Part shown: positions 27,075-37,689 of the stretch, one piece after another
Layout of the letters: every line of letters begins with the position of its first letter
Numbering within the stretch: the stretch's first letter is position 1
DNA from: an uncultured Spirochaetota bacterium
Lineage (GTDB): Bacteria > Spirochaetota > Brevinematia > Brevinematales > JAOACQ01
Length of the DNA stretch: 64,000 nt
NCBI GenBank assembly: GCA_963768055.1
Contig: CAVYGN010000002.1
Span: forward strand, 1,184,001-1,248,000
Direction: 5' to 3'
Program-made: the position numbers and the translations under genes
Notes under the pieces: generated by a model
Databases searched by the model: none
What the model was told of the DNA's origin: nothing
Seen by the model: only the letters and a program-made list of their open reading frames with translations

Positions 27075-27470
27075 AAAACATCCTCCTTTATTTTGAATAA
27101 ATAATTTCCATTACTTGCACGTATTTCACCAGCCCGGGATCTATATAAACACCTGTTAATATAAATAATGGTATATATAAACCATCGCTTATATTCTATC
27201 ACTAAAAAGTTCTGTTGTCAAGGTGTAATATTTATTTATTATTAACTGAAAGTTAACAATCGATAACTATAATAATATAATTGATTATAGAATGAAGGAA
27301 ATTTATGGGAGCTGTAAAAGTCCTGCTCGTTTGTGCTCATAACTCTGCAAAAATTTATCAAAGAAGTGAGCAAACTTGTATCTTCCGACCCTTTCTGACT
27401 TTTGAGTTGCATTATTTATACCGGAATGGCATAATATAAAAAGCGCTTTTATTCGCATGGAGAAATTATT

Positions 27471-28711
27471 ATGCCTGTTCAAACTATAATCATGGCCGAG
27501 ACCCTTTTTGACGGTAAAAAAAAAGATGATAACTGCTATATTGTGATCGAAGGGGATAAAATAACTGATATTACAAAAAAAAGATCCGGTACAATTATTC
27601 AGGCATTGTCACGCCTGCTTTTATTGATGCGCATTCCCACATCGGGATGCACCGGAGCGGTGAGCCTGATAGCGAGGGTGAAGGCAACGACCGCATAAGC
27701 CAGATAACCCCTTTGCATAATCCGATTAACAGCATCTACTTCGATGACAGCGCCTTTTTAGAAGCGGTATCGTTCGGAGTGCTTTACAGCTGTGTTGTTC
27801 CGGGAAGCGGAAACCTGCTGGGCGGGCGTGCGATAGTGATAAGGAATTTCGCGCAGGACAGGAGCGAAGCTGTCGTCCATGATTTCGGCTATAAAATGGC
27901 TCTGGGTTATAATCCCCGTTCGACGGAAAATTGGAAAGGCGACCGCCCGAACACCAGGATGGGCATTTACAGTATGCTGGAAAAGAAATTTGACAGCGTT
28001 CTTTTGAAAAAAGAAAAGGCCGATCTTAGCAGGGAAAGGAAGCTCCTGGAACTTGAACGGAATTTGAAGTGGAAAAAGATCCGCCTTTCAGAAAAAGCCA
28101 AAGAATTGGAAATGATAGATATGGAACACCGCCTGGATTTTGATGCCGATGAACAAGCGATACTGGAGCTATTAACGCGGAAGAAAAAAGCCAAGGTCCA
28201 TGTCCACAAAGAGGACGACGTCCTGTATCTGATGGGATTGGTCAAAAAATACGGCCTTTCGGTAAGCGCAGACCACCTGGGGGATGTCTTTCATATTGAA
28301 ATATTCGATACTCTTGCCAGGGAAGGTATTCCAATCGTTTACGGCCCCCTGGGTTCGTTCCCATACAAAGTTGAGCTCAAGCATGACAGTTTTGATAATA
28401 CAAAAATATTGATGGGCTCAAAAGCCTTCTACGGCCTGATGACGGACCATCCTGTAATTATGACCCCGAACCTTCGGGATTCCCTGAAATATTTCCTCAT
28501 ATTCGGAATGAAAGAAGAGGAAGCGATAGGCATAATTACATTTAAAAATGCTAAAATATTGGGGATTGATGACAGGCTGGGCTCTGTCGAACCTGGAAAA
28601 CTTGCCAGCCTGGTTGTCTGGGATAAAAATCCGCTCAATTTTTCTGCTTTTCCAAAATATGTAATGGCGGAAGGAAAAATAATCCGGGGCAAAGCCCGGG
28701 AGGTTGTGTGA
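27471..28711 (+). pseudogene. Amidohydrolase split by a frameshift in an A8 run (27575-27582)
   Basis: One added A yields ...TKKKIRYNYSGIVTPAFIDAHSHIGMHRSGEP..., restoring the HxH metal motif; C-terminal TDHP and LGSVEPGKLA. Confidence 0.85.
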
Positions 28712-30234
28712 ATAAAAAGATCCTGATAATAGGCGCCGGTATAGCAGGGCTTTCTGCAGGCTGTTATGCCAGGATGAACGGGTACGACACTGAAATCTAT
28801 GAAATGCATTCAAAGCCGGGCGGATTGTGTACTGCCTGGAAAAGAAGCGGTTATACAGTAGACGGCTGCCTCCACTGGCTTACCGGATCGGCTCCCGGCA
28901 GTATGTTTTATAACTTCTGGGAAGAACTTGGCGCCGTTCAAAACAAAAAGATGTATAACCCGGAGATATTCTTACGTTTCGTGGATAAAGACAACCGGAT
29001 ATTTAACCTCTATACGGATGTCGATAGGCTTGAAAAACATATGATCGAATTCTCACCCCGGGATGAAGCCTCTTCTATCGAATTTTGCCGGCTTATCCGT
29101 GTTTTTTCCTTATTGAAAATGGATATGAATAAAGCGCGGGAATTGATGAATATTTTTGATATGTTGAAAATGATGAAAAATTTAAAACCCGGGATGAAGG
29201 AACTGATCTACTGCATCAAAACAAGCAACCGGGAATTTGCTGAAAAATTTCAAGACCCGATTTTATCCGAGTGTATTATGAATATTCTTGCACCGGAAAC
29301 ATCACTCATAGCACTTGTGATGACAATGGCCGGCCTAAATACCCGGTCAAGCGGTTTCCCTGAAGGCGGCTCCTTTGAATTTACGAAATCGATTGAAAAT
29401 AGGTACCTGGGCCTCGGCGGGAAAATATTTTACAACAAAAAGGCCGAAAAAATTTTAGTTAAGAATAACAAAGCTTACGGTATCAGGCTTGAAGACGGTT
29501 CGGAGATATCTTCCGATATAGTCATTTCGGGATCCGATCTGAAAACGGTCCTGGATAAATTGCTTGAAGGAAAATTTAATTTTCCGATGTACAGCTATTT
29601 ATTTGATAATACGGACACAATTCCTACCACTTTACAGGTATCTTTCGGGATAAACAGGGATATTGCGGATGATTCCGACGCTGTGGCCGTTATTTATAAA
29701 CTAAGCGATCCTATAGAAATTGCGGGTAATAAAAAGGAATACATGTTTATAAGGAACTATCACTTTGATAAAACCATGTCCCCTGAAGGAAAGACCTTTA
29801 TGATGTCGCTTATAACCACCGATTATGATTACTGGGAAAATCTTTATCGTGATAAAGAGGCTTATCAAAAAGAAAAAGACAAAATTGCTGAAGCAGTCCT
29901 GGATGTGATCGATTCGAAATATCCGGGGACCCGGGCTCTTGTCGAGGTCGTGGATGTAGTTACCCCCATGACTTATTACCGCTATACCGGTAACTGGAAG
30001 GGCAGATTTATGTCATGGATCATGAACCCGGGCAACGCAGGTAAATTGCAAATTATTCCCAAGCGGGTCAAAGGTTTGAACAATTTTTATATGACCGGAA
30101 TGTGGGTAATGGCGCCCGGCGGTGTTCCTTCGGGGGTAAAAACCGCCCGTGACGTGATCCAGATCATCTGCAGGAAAGACCGCAGGAGATTTAATACCAG
30201 CAAACCCGAAGCTGTCTTTTCCCAAGGAAAATAA
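28708..30234 (+). CDS. Phytoene desaturase (CrtI)-like FAD-dependent oxidoreductase
   Basis: IIGAGIAGLSAG, KPGGLC, FPEGGS, TPMTYYRYTGNWKG, PGGVP; GTGA overlap with the amidohydrolase stop. Confidence 0.88.
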   Translation: MNKKILIIGAGIAGLSAGCYARMNGYDTEIYEMHSKPGGLCTAWKRSGYTVDGCLHWLTGSAPGSMFYNFWEELGAVQNKKMYNPEIFLRFVDKDNRIFNLYTDVDRLEKHMIEFSPRDEASSIEFCRLIRVFSLLKMDMNKARELMNIFDMLKMMKNLKPGMKELIYCIKTSNREFAEKFQDPILSECIMNILAPETSLIALVMTMAGLNTRSSGFPEGGSFEFTKSIENRYLGLGGKIFYNKKAEKILVKNNKAYGIRLEDGSEISSDIVISGSDLKTVLDKLLEGKFNFPMYSYLFDNTDTIPTTLQVSFGINRDIADDSDAVAVIYKLSDPIEIAGNKKEYMFIRNYHFDKTMSPEGKTFMMSLITTDYDYWENLYRDKEAYQKEKDKIAEAVLDVIDSKYPGTRALVEVVDVVTPMTYYRYTGNWKGRFMSWIMNPGNAGKLQIIPKRVKGLNNFYMTGMWVMAPGGVPSGVKTARDVIQIICRKDRRRFNTSKPEAVFSQGK

Positions 30235-30413
30235 CGCGCCCCATCATTTCGGAATCCCTTAAATGGGATAAAATACCCATTGATATTCATAGTATATAAT
30301 GATAAACTCTTGGACTGGCGTCTCAGGGGTATTATGTGATAATACTGGGATAATATTTGAAGTTAATTTGCAAAAAAGCTAAAATAGAAAATGGCGGCGG
30401 GGTCCTCTGGAAT

Positions 30414-31646
30414 ATGTTTAAACTGATAATTTATAATGTTTTCAGGCACAAATTCCTATTCATCCTGATAGGCTTTATGGTTATGCTTCTTTGTTTTTAT
30501 CTGATGATAGGGCTTAATATGGTTTTTTCTGTCTCGGAATCTCTGACAACAGCGGTATCGGAAAACATGACGGGAAATGTTATCATTGCTTCGTCTAAAG
30601 CCAGGCATATCGATGTTATAACTAAAGAAGGTGAAAAGAAGATAATTCCGCTTGAAAAATGGGAGGAACTCCTTTCATTTCTCAGGTCAAGAGATTATGT
30701 CATTAACGCATCTCCGCGGCTTCGAGTATGGGGATTGGTTAAATCAGATTTAAATGAGATGTCCATGATCATTACCGGGATAGATCCCGAAAGCGAGGGC
30801 AATCTTTTACCCAATCGTGTCCTTTTATCCGGCCGTTGGGTGAGGACCTCGAACGAGATCGCAATGTATTACAGGCATTCTGAATTTTTAAGCACTTCGA
30901 ATAACGAGGTCCTCGGCATAGCTGTTATGACGGTGGACGGATACCAGAATTTCGATACCAACAGGCTGGTAGGCATATTCGATTATAAAGACCTGGCTTT
31001 CTACACCGAGTTTGCGTTTTACGGGCTTGTAACGCTGGATAGCCTGAATTCGCTGATGATGACAAAGTCAAAAACAGCGAGCGAGATATTCGTCAGGCTC
31101 AAGGGTAATAAATATCTGGACGTGATGAAAAGGGATATTGCTGCAAATTTCGGGAATAATTACCGCTTAATCCTTCCCCAGGATTCCTCGAATATTGTTA
31201 ACGGTATTTACCTTCTTACGCAATTTTCAGTCTGGTTCGTGGCGGTATTGCTGATCCTTATGGTATATCTCTGCAGTTCCTTTCTTGTGAATATCTCGAT
31301 CGAGACCCGGAGGCAGGAGATAGGTATCTATCAGGCCCTGGGGGTAAAAAAATGGAGGATCGGGCTGCTTTTCGGCGGAGAATTCCTTTTTGTCCTGATA
31401 CTATTCGGGATTATAGGCATCGTGTTGGGATGGATGGCTGTAGAAAATATTGCAACTAACGGGATCGAGGCAACGATCATTCCCCTGCAATTGATATTCG
31501 GGAGGTCGGTGCTCTATATTCAGAGTTATCCCGGGACTTTGTTAGTGCTTTGCCTTATTCTTTTCATTACTTTAATCGGCAGCGTCCTTAACGCGATCGT
31601 AAAACTTGCAAGGCTGGATCCTGTCGAAGTTATGAGGGAACTATAA
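30414..31646 (+). CDS. ABC transporter permease, FtsX/LolE-like
   Basis: TM, large periplasmic domain, TRRQEIGIYQALG, LDPVEVMR. Confidence 0.88.
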   Translation: MFKLIIYNVFRHKFLFILIGFMVMLLCFYLMIGLNMVFSVSESLTTAVSENMTGNVIIASSKARHIDVITKEGEKKIIPLEKWEELLSFLRSRDYVINASPRLRVWGLVKSDLNEMSMIITGIDPESEGNLLPNRVLLSGRWVRTSNEIAMYYRHSEFLSTSNNEVLGIAVMTVDGYQNFDTNRLVGIFDYKDLAFYTEFAFYGLVTLDSLNSLMMTKSKTASEIFVRLKGNKYLDVMKRDIAANFGNNYRLILPQDSSNIVNGIYLLTQFSVWFVAVLLILMVYLCSSFLVNISIETRRQEIGIYQALGVKKWRIGLLFGGEFLFVLILFGIIGIVLGWMAVENIATNGIEATIIPLQLIFGRSVLYIQSYPGTLLVLCLILFITLIGSVLNAIVKLARLDPVEVMREL

Positions 31647-31647
31647 T

Positions 31648-32856
31648 ATGTTTACATTGATAATAGCTGAAATAACCGGCGGTTTTAAAAGAATTTGGAA
31701 ACTATATCTAACAAATATTATGTCTATAATGCTTATCATTCTCCTTTATGCTTATATAGACGGCTCGAGGCGGCAGCTTAATCTGCAGAACACGGTATTC
31801 TCGGGCGAGATCGTAGTAAAGATGGGCACTAATATAGATAATGTCGAGGGAACTATAGAGTCCAATATCAAACCTATTTTATATGTTGCGGAAAAGTTAA
31901 GCTCGGATGTGCAGTACAGCGTTCCGAGGGAGAGCAGTTCTTTTGCAAATAACGCCCAGCTTATAGGCGTCGATATGCAGAAAGATTTAAACCTCGCCTC
32001 TTACCTTACATTAAGGGAAGGCAGACGGCTTAAAAACGACAGGGATATTCTCATTCCGTCGTCCCTTCTTCAAAAAATAGATATCAAAACCGGGGGGACT
32101 ATCCAGGTTTCAGGCCTCAACGCTGCAAAGGCCATGAATGTTTCCGCGTTCAGGGTATGCGGTATATATAATTCCCCGGGCCTGTCATTATTCGAGAGCC
32201 CCAGGCTTCTGGTAAAGATTTCGGCGATGAAATCGTTTTATATGCCGGCTGCAAGGGACATCGAGTACTGCCTCTTTTTTAAAGATGGAATTATTCCCGA
32301 TACCATCAACAAAGATCTCCGCGATGCCTTCAACGACATTAAGAGGGACAAGATAGATTCGATCGAGGCGAAGAGGATAAGCTCATTCGATATACTAAAT
32401 CTGGCGGTCCAGTTCAATGTGTTTCTGATAATTATGATAATACTTACAATATTTGTCGTCTCGACGGTTGTGGCCCTTGTAAATTTCAATGTCAGCCTCA
32501 TCCTTTTCAGAAAACGCCAGAAGGAAATAGGCACTCTGATGGCGTTCGGAGTTCGCTCCTGGAAAATAGGGATTACATTATACCTGGAATCGGTTTTCCA
32601 GCTTTTGATTTCGACCGTTGCGGCTGTAATATTTTGCGTTATCATCTCAATTGCCGCGAAACAACAGGTAGCTGGTGGATTCCTGGAAGTGCTCTTTGTG
32701 CTACTTTCCGGTACCAACAGGATAGATTTTTTCATACAGGGGTACCAGGTGGTAACAGCTTTCGAATGGATCCTTACAGCGGTGACCCTGTCGCAGGTCC
32801 CGATATTTCTTAGAGTGCTTATAGGCAATCCGATAGAGATAATGACGAATAAATAA
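31648..32856 (+). CDS. ABC transporter permease, FtsX/LolC-like
   Basis: KRQKEIGTLMAFG, NPIEIM. Confidence 0.88.
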   Translation: MFTLIIAEITGGFKRIWKLYLTNIMSIMLIILLYAYIDGSRRQLNLQNTVFSGEIVVKMGTNIDNVEGTIESNIKPILYVAEKLSSDVQYSVPRESSSFANNAQLIGVDMQKDLNLASYLTLREGRRLKNDRDILIPSSLLQKIDIKTGGTIQVSGLNAAKAMNVSAFRVCGIYNSPGLSLFESPRLLVKISAMKSFYMPAARDIEYCLFFKDGIIPDTINKDLRDAFNDIKRDKIDSIEAKRISSFDILNLAVQFNVFLIIMIILTIFVVSTVVALVNFNVSLILFRKRQKEIGTLMAFGVRSWKIGITLYLESVFQLLISTVAAVIFCVIISIAAKQQVAGGFLEVLFVLLSGTNRIDFFIQGYQVVTAFEWILTAVTLSQVPIFLRVLIGNPIEIMTNK

Positions 32857-32872
32857 TTAAAAGGGGATATTA

Positions 32873-33631
32873 ATGAAATTAATACGGATAATTATTTTTA
32901 TTGCCTGGATTTCAGGTTTATTGGCTGCTTTAACTCCTGTATGGGCAGACGATATCGTGAAAACGGGAAAAGATATACTTGTCAATGCCGATAGAAGATT
33001 TTTCCCTTACGAGGGAACGTACGATTTTATCATAAGGCAGAAAGACGCCGAAGGAAATACCACCGAATACGAACTGCAGGGTTATAAAAAAGGAACATTA
33101 AATCAGACCGGGGTATTTATAAAACCCATTATTAATAAAAACGACGTGGGCATGAGAAGCGGGGACGTAATATATTATAAACCTCACGTATGGCCCAAGC
33201 CTCAGATACAGAGCTACGAGGCGCTTTTCATGAGCACCTCATTTTCATGGGGCGATGTTATGTCCAGCGACATTGCCCTTGATTATAAAACTTCGAGCCT
33301 CGACAGGACCAATGTAAACGGGACAAACGAGTGGCATTTAGTCCTCCTTCCTGTAAAGGAGAATAGATACGCGAGGATTGACATGTGGATAGACTCGGAG
33401 AATTACAATACTTACAGGAGGCTTTATTTTACCGCTTCGGGAGACAAATTGAAATCTGCCGAATTTACGGATATCCGGGAGCAGGAAGGCAAAGTGGTAA
33501 GTTACAAGGTCAGTATGCAGGATTTCATCCAGGATGTTGCGACTTACGCGGAGATCTTCAATCTCAAGGAAGAAAAGTTGCCGTCTTTTCTTTTTGACCC
33601 CCAGAATATCGGTAGAATAAGGGCAAGATAG
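32873..33631 (+). CDS. LolA-like outer-membrane lipoprotein-sorting protein
   Basis: Signal peptide; FMSTSFSWGD, YARIDMWID, YFTASGDKLK, LPSFLFDP. Confidence 0.8.
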   Translation: MKLIRIIIFIAWISGLLAALTPVWADDIVKTGKDILVNADRRFFPYEGTYDFIIRQKDAEGNTTEYELQGYKKGTLNQTGVFIKPIINKNDVGMRSGDVIYYKPHVWPKPQIQSYEALFMSTSFSWGDVMSSDIALDYKTSSLDRTNVNGTNEWHLVLLPVKENRYARIDMWIDSENYNTYRRLYFTASGDKLKSAEFTDIREQEGKVVSYKVSMQDFIQDVATYAEIFNLKEEKLPSFLFDPQNIGRIRAR

Positions 33632-33632
33632 G

Positions 33633-34883
33633 ATGGTCATGGAGAAATTAACAGTAATTATTGTTTTTCTGACCGTATCCGCCGCCGGGCTTATTTTTGG
33701 CGATAGGAATGTGACTCTGGAGGTTGATTCCGTGTTCTCTGCCCAGGAACAGCTGAAGGACAGCGATCTCGGCACTAAGTACGGCTGGACTAACCAGGTC
33801 GAGCTGGATGCGCATCTGATAGTATCTCCTGCAATGAGTTTCGGCAGCGACAATTTTCAGCCCGACGTCCTGCTTGACGTGTTTATTACCCGGGCTACCG
33901 GGACCAACGCTTTTGTTACAGCGCTGCGGGAAGCCTATGTGGACCTGCTTTTTTACAATGAATTATCGATAAATGCCGGGTTTATAAGGCTGGATTACGG
34001 CTCCGCGAACAGCTGGTACAATCCCCTTAACGTTGTCGAGCTGCTTAACCTTGAAAGCGTTTACCAGCAGATCATGATCGGGAACGCCAGACAGGGTTAC
34101 GAAGGCATCCCGACTGTACAGGTCCGTTATTCGGCCCCCGAGTTAATTGCCGATCTGAAACTTTCACTTGAGCAGGATATGATATCGACGAGCCTGACCA
34201 ACCTGCAGAATAATTTTTTCTTATCCAAATTCGAAGGAATATATGGAAATATAGACCTGGCGGCGATGATGGGTTATAACGGAGACAGCTGGAACCTAAA
34301 CGATACTAACAGGTTTATGCCTGTGTACGGCGGCAGCCTTTCGATCCGGCTGCCGTATGACTTCATGTTCTTCGGGGAATTGGTTTACAGGTCTCAAAGC
34401 TACAAACAGGTTGTGACAAACGGCGGCGGCCGTACCGGCGACTTCTTCGATACGACGGCAAAACTTAGTTATTCCTTTAAAGAGCCCTGGCTTAACAATG
34501 CTATTGCTGCATCTCTTGAATACTTTCATTACGGCGAGGGCATGACTTCCGGCCAGTACGGCGACAGCTACAATTCCCTGACCAATTCCGGCCTCATGAA
34601 TGCATACGCGCCCGGATTTTATAGATTGGACAGGGATTTTCAGGATTATATTTATTTTACCCTGACTTATTCCCTGATCGTCCCGAAAATTTCTTTAAGT
34701 TACATGCTGGATGCCGAACTCGAATCGGGTTATCTTCAGCACACCCTGTCGATCGCTAAGAATTACGATACGGTGACTCTTACGGCAAGCTTTATTTACA
34801 ACCAGGTATCCGATGTAAAATACAGCCCGGTTTTTTATGATCAGGATTTCGCAGTTTATCTGGAAGCATTAATAGCTTTTTAA
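33633..34883 (+). CDS. Putative outer-membrane beta-barrel
   Basis: Signal peptide, LREAYVD, amphipathic strands, C-terminal Phe (YLEALIAF). Confidence 0.7.
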   Translation: MVMEKLTVIIVFLTVSAAGLIFGDRNVTLEVDSVFSAQEQLKDSDLGTKYGWTNQVELDAHLIVSPAMSFGSDNFQPDVLLDVFITRATGTNAFVTALREAYVDLLFYNELSINAGFIRLDYGSANSWYNPLNVVELLNLESVYQQIMIGNARQGYEGIPTVQVRYSAPELIADLKLSLEQDMISTSLTNLQNNFFLSKFEGIYGNIDLAAMMGYNGDSWNLNDTNRFMPVYGGSLSIRLPYDFMFFGELVYRSQSYKQVVTNGGGRTGDFFDTTAKLSYSFKEPWLNNAIAASLEYFHYGEGMTSGQYGDSYNSLTNSGLMNAYAPGFYRLDRDFQDYIYFTLTYSLIVPKISLSYMLDAELESGYLQHTLSIAKNYDTVTLTASFIYNQVSDVKYSPVFYDQDFAVYLEALIAF

Positions 34884-34905
34884 TTTAGATTTTTGGAGGG
34901 ATTTT

Positions 34906-35217
34906 ATGAAATCTACATTCAGAACTGTTTTACTGGTTATCTGTGTAGTTCTCTACGTAGCGCTATTACCATGGGGCGCGTATGTTGTACTGCCTTATAT
35001 GCTCTTTACGGGGTGGGTAAAATATTTCGCGATCTATCTTGCCTTTATCATTGAAGCGGCCCTGGGGACATTTCTCACGATCAGGCAGTTTCGAAAGATG
35101 AGAGAGACAAAAAAAATATGGCCGAAGGTTATATTCGGCCTGGTTTGTATAAGCTTTGCCGCCTACCTGGTTACCGCAGTTATCTATCTTGTACAGGTTT
35201 TATTAAGTTCAATATAG
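34906..35217 (+). CDS. Small 3-TM membrane protein
   Basis: GGAGG RBS; in operon; three hydrophobic segments. Confidence 0.75.
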   Translation: MKSTFRTVLLVICVVLYVALLPWGAYVVLPYMLFTGWVKYFAIYLAFIIEAALGTFLTIRQFRKMRETKKIWPKVIFGLVCISFAAYLVTAVIYLVQVLLSSI

Positions 35218-35226
35218 GAGAGATAA

Positions 35227-35886
35227 ATGATAAATCTAAGCGGGGTGATAAAAAACTACCAGTCGGGGAGCCTCTACGTAGAAGCCTTGAAGGGTATCAA
35301 TTTGAACATCGATAAAGGGGAGATGATCGTGATCGGAGGTGTTTCCGGAAGCGGGAAATCCACCCTTTTGAACCTTATCGGGGCGATGGACCATGTAACC
35401 GATGGAAAGATAATTATCGACGGAGAGGATATTACCGATTATTCCCAGGGCCAGCTGACAAGTTTCCGCGCACGTAAAGTCGGATTTATTTTCCAGAACT
35501 TCCACCTGATACCCGCCCTTAATATTTATGAAAACATAGTGGTCCCTATGAAACTCAAGGGGCAGCGCTTTGAAAAGGATAGGGTCCTTGAACTTATCGA
35601 AAGGGTAGGGTTAACTGAACATATCAGGCATAAACCCGACGAGCTGTCGGGCGGGCAGCGGCAAAGGGTAGCGATAGCCCGCGCGCTTGTACATAACCCT
35701 CCTTATGTAATGGCCGACGAGCCGACCGCCAACCTTGACAGCAAAACCGCGCAAAATATAGTCGGGCTTCTCAAGGACCTCAACAAAAATCTAAATGTGA
35801 CTATTATCTTTGCGTCTCATGACCAGTGGGTCCTCGATAACATAGACAGGAAGGTAAGATTAAAAGACGGGGTTATTGTACAGTAG
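35227..35886 (+). CDS. ABC transporter ATP-binding protein, LolD-like
   Basis: GVSGSGKST, LSGGQRQRVAIAR, ADEPTANLD. Confidence 0.93.
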   Translation: MINLSGVIKNYQSGSLYVEALKGINLNIDKGEMIVIGGVSGSGKSTLLNLIGAMDHVTDGKIIIDGEDITDYSQGQLTSFRARKVGFIFQNFHLIPALNIYENIVVPMKLKGQRFEKDRVLELIERVGLTEHIRHKPDELSGGQRQRVAIARALVHNPPYVMADEPTANLDSKTAQNIVGLLKDLNKNLNVTIIFASHDQWVLDNIDRKVRLKDGVIVQ

Positions 35887-35904
35887 AAGAAGGAGACATA
35901 AGTC

Positions 35905-36777
35905 ATGATCAGGATTTTAAAGATTTTTATGTGGGGGCTTTTTTTTACCGCATCACTTATTGCAGTTGCATTTCCTATGGGCGGAAGGGTAAAAAATTTC
36001 CCCATGAAGACATATCCCGGGATAAATATTCCCGACGGAGAGTTTCTTCATTACATATCTTATAACGGTGGAGACAAAAGCGGAGACATATATTTTGTCG
36101 TAAGAAAGATAAATAACGGAAAAGGGAAATTTTTATACCGCATTTATCTTGATATGGTTCCCTTAGGGGAAAAACCCCCTGAAAACTTTACGAACTGGCC
36201 TGTGACTTACCTGATCGACCCGGAGCGAGCCGTTACGCTTGAATCCGATGCGCATTATGATAAAAAAATGATGGATAATCCTGTTACAGCCGCATTCGGG
36301 ATCGGGAACTTGATCTCTTTTCAATACCGTTTGAACAGGGATAAGGGCTATGTGGAATATTTATCGAAAAATGTAAAGGGTTCGGTAACAAATGAAAGCA
36401 GATATCTGATAAAGGTCAACCCTGATTTTCCGGGTGGAAAAGATATGGAATTCATGTTTTATTCTATACGCATGCTCGACGTCCGGAGCGGGGGTATTTC
36501 TTATACAATTATGCCTGAATTCATGAAAGAACCGATGGCAGGTTTCTATAAAATCGATTCTAAATTAACAGTTAAGGCAGGGGCAGGGACTTTCAGTGTA
36601 AATAAAATAATTGCCATAGGCGGGGATCCCTTCTTTGCAAAACTTTTGGAACCGATATTGAAAAAATTTGCATATTATGTAGAGGATTCCGATAGAAGGC
36701 TCGTTGTAAAAGTCAACACATTCGCCGGCGATATCGTACTGGAAGAAATATCAAACGTGAATTTAAAAAAGCGCTAG
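35905..36777 (+). CDS. Exported DUF3108-like protein
   Basis: Signal peptide; DGEFLHY, IRMLD, AGAGTF, GDPF, EDSDRRL, LEEISNV. Confidence 0.7.
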   Translation: MIRILKIFMWGLFFTASLIAVAFPMGGRVKNFPMKTYPGINIPDGEFLHYISYNGGDKSGDIYFVVRKINNGKGKFLYRIYLDMVPLGEKPPENFTNWPVTYLIDPERAVTLESDAHYDKKMMDNPVTAAFGIGNLISFQYRLNRDKGYVEYLSKNVKGSVTNESRYLIKVNPDFPGGKDMEFMFYSIRMLDVRSGGISYTIMPEFMKEPMAGFYKIDSKLTVKAGAGTFSVNKIIAIGGDPFFAKLLEPILKKFAYYVEDSDRRLVVKVNTFAGDIVLEEISNVNLKKR

Positions 36778-36794
36778 GGGCTAGGGGGGATGTT

Positions 36795-37667
36795 ATGCCG
36801 GCATGGAAAACATTTCTGAGGATTTTTTCATTCTTAATATCGGTTTTGATAATTATTTCGACGGTTTCATGTGCAAATCTCGGGAAGCAAAAACTACCGG
36901 CGAAGGTCTATCCGGTTGTAAATGTTTCGGACGGCGAGTATCTCGTTTACGGCTATTATGTGGGCGGGGAAAAATCAAGTGAATCGTATATGGTTACAAA
37001 AAAGGAGACTGGTAAGAATGGAGAATTATTTTACAAGGTTTACGGGGTCCAGGCTAAGTCCCCTGCCGATAGAAAGATCCCTGATAATTACAAAGAATGG
37101 CCCTCTTTTTACATTATCGATCCCTGGCAGGGTTCGGTGATCGAAGCCGTATACAGCATTAAAACTTCCGATATTAAAGATATCGACCCGGCCAATCCCT
37201 ACAGCAGTCTTATATACAGCCATTATAAATTGCACAGGGATTCGGGCTATGTGGAATACACATCTAAAAGCTTAAAAAACAAGGAATTGATCGAAAAGAA
37301 TTACAGGGTAAATATAAAAAAAGATTATCCTGTATGCGATGCAAATTCAACCTTTTATTTTCCTACCCGTTTTCTGGATGTTCGAAACGGCGGTATTTTA
37401 TACATGGTTTCCCCCGAGTTTTTAAAGGATCCTGTGCCTTTCTCTTTCAAATACGAATCAAGGGAAACGATCAGGACAAAGGCCGGACAATTCGCGGCCA
37501 TTAAAGGAGCCGTAGTATCCGGCGACCCTTTTATCGGGCAATTGGTCGGACCTCTATTAAAAAAATTCGCAATATGGTACGAGGACTCTGACCGGAGGCT
37601 TACTGTAAAAATCCAGCTTGCATATGGCGGTTATATGGAACTTGAGGAAATTTCGAACGTAAGATAA
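36795..37667 (+). CDS. DUF3108-like lipoprotein (tandem paralog)
   Basis: Lipobox-like ...ISTVSC; DGEYLVY, TRFLD, TKAGQF, GDPF, EDSDRRL, LEEISNV. Confidence 0.7.
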   Translation: MPAWKTFLRIFSFLISVLIIISTVSCANLGKQKLPAKVYPVVNVSDGEYLVYGYYVGGEKSSESYMVTKKETGKNGELFYKVYGVQAKSPADRKIPDNYKEWPSFYIIDPWQGSVIEAVYSIKTSDIKDIDPANPYSSLIYSHYKLHRDSGYVEYTSKSLKNKELIEKNYRVNIKKDYPVCDANSTFYFPTRFLDVRNGGILYMVSPEFLKDPVPFSFKYESRETIRTKAGQFAAIKGAVVSGDPFIGQLVGPLLKKFAIWYEDSDRRLTVKIQLAYGGYMELEEISNVR

Positions 37668-37689
37668 CTGCCTGCCGCAAAATTTTAAT

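Noticed and set aside
27427..27445. TGGCAT as a second sigma54 promoter
   Set aside because: No GC at the required GG-N10-GC spacing.
28708..30234. Carotenoid pathway
   Set aside because: No crtB/crtE nearby; this oxidoreductase family is widespread without carotenoid synthesis.
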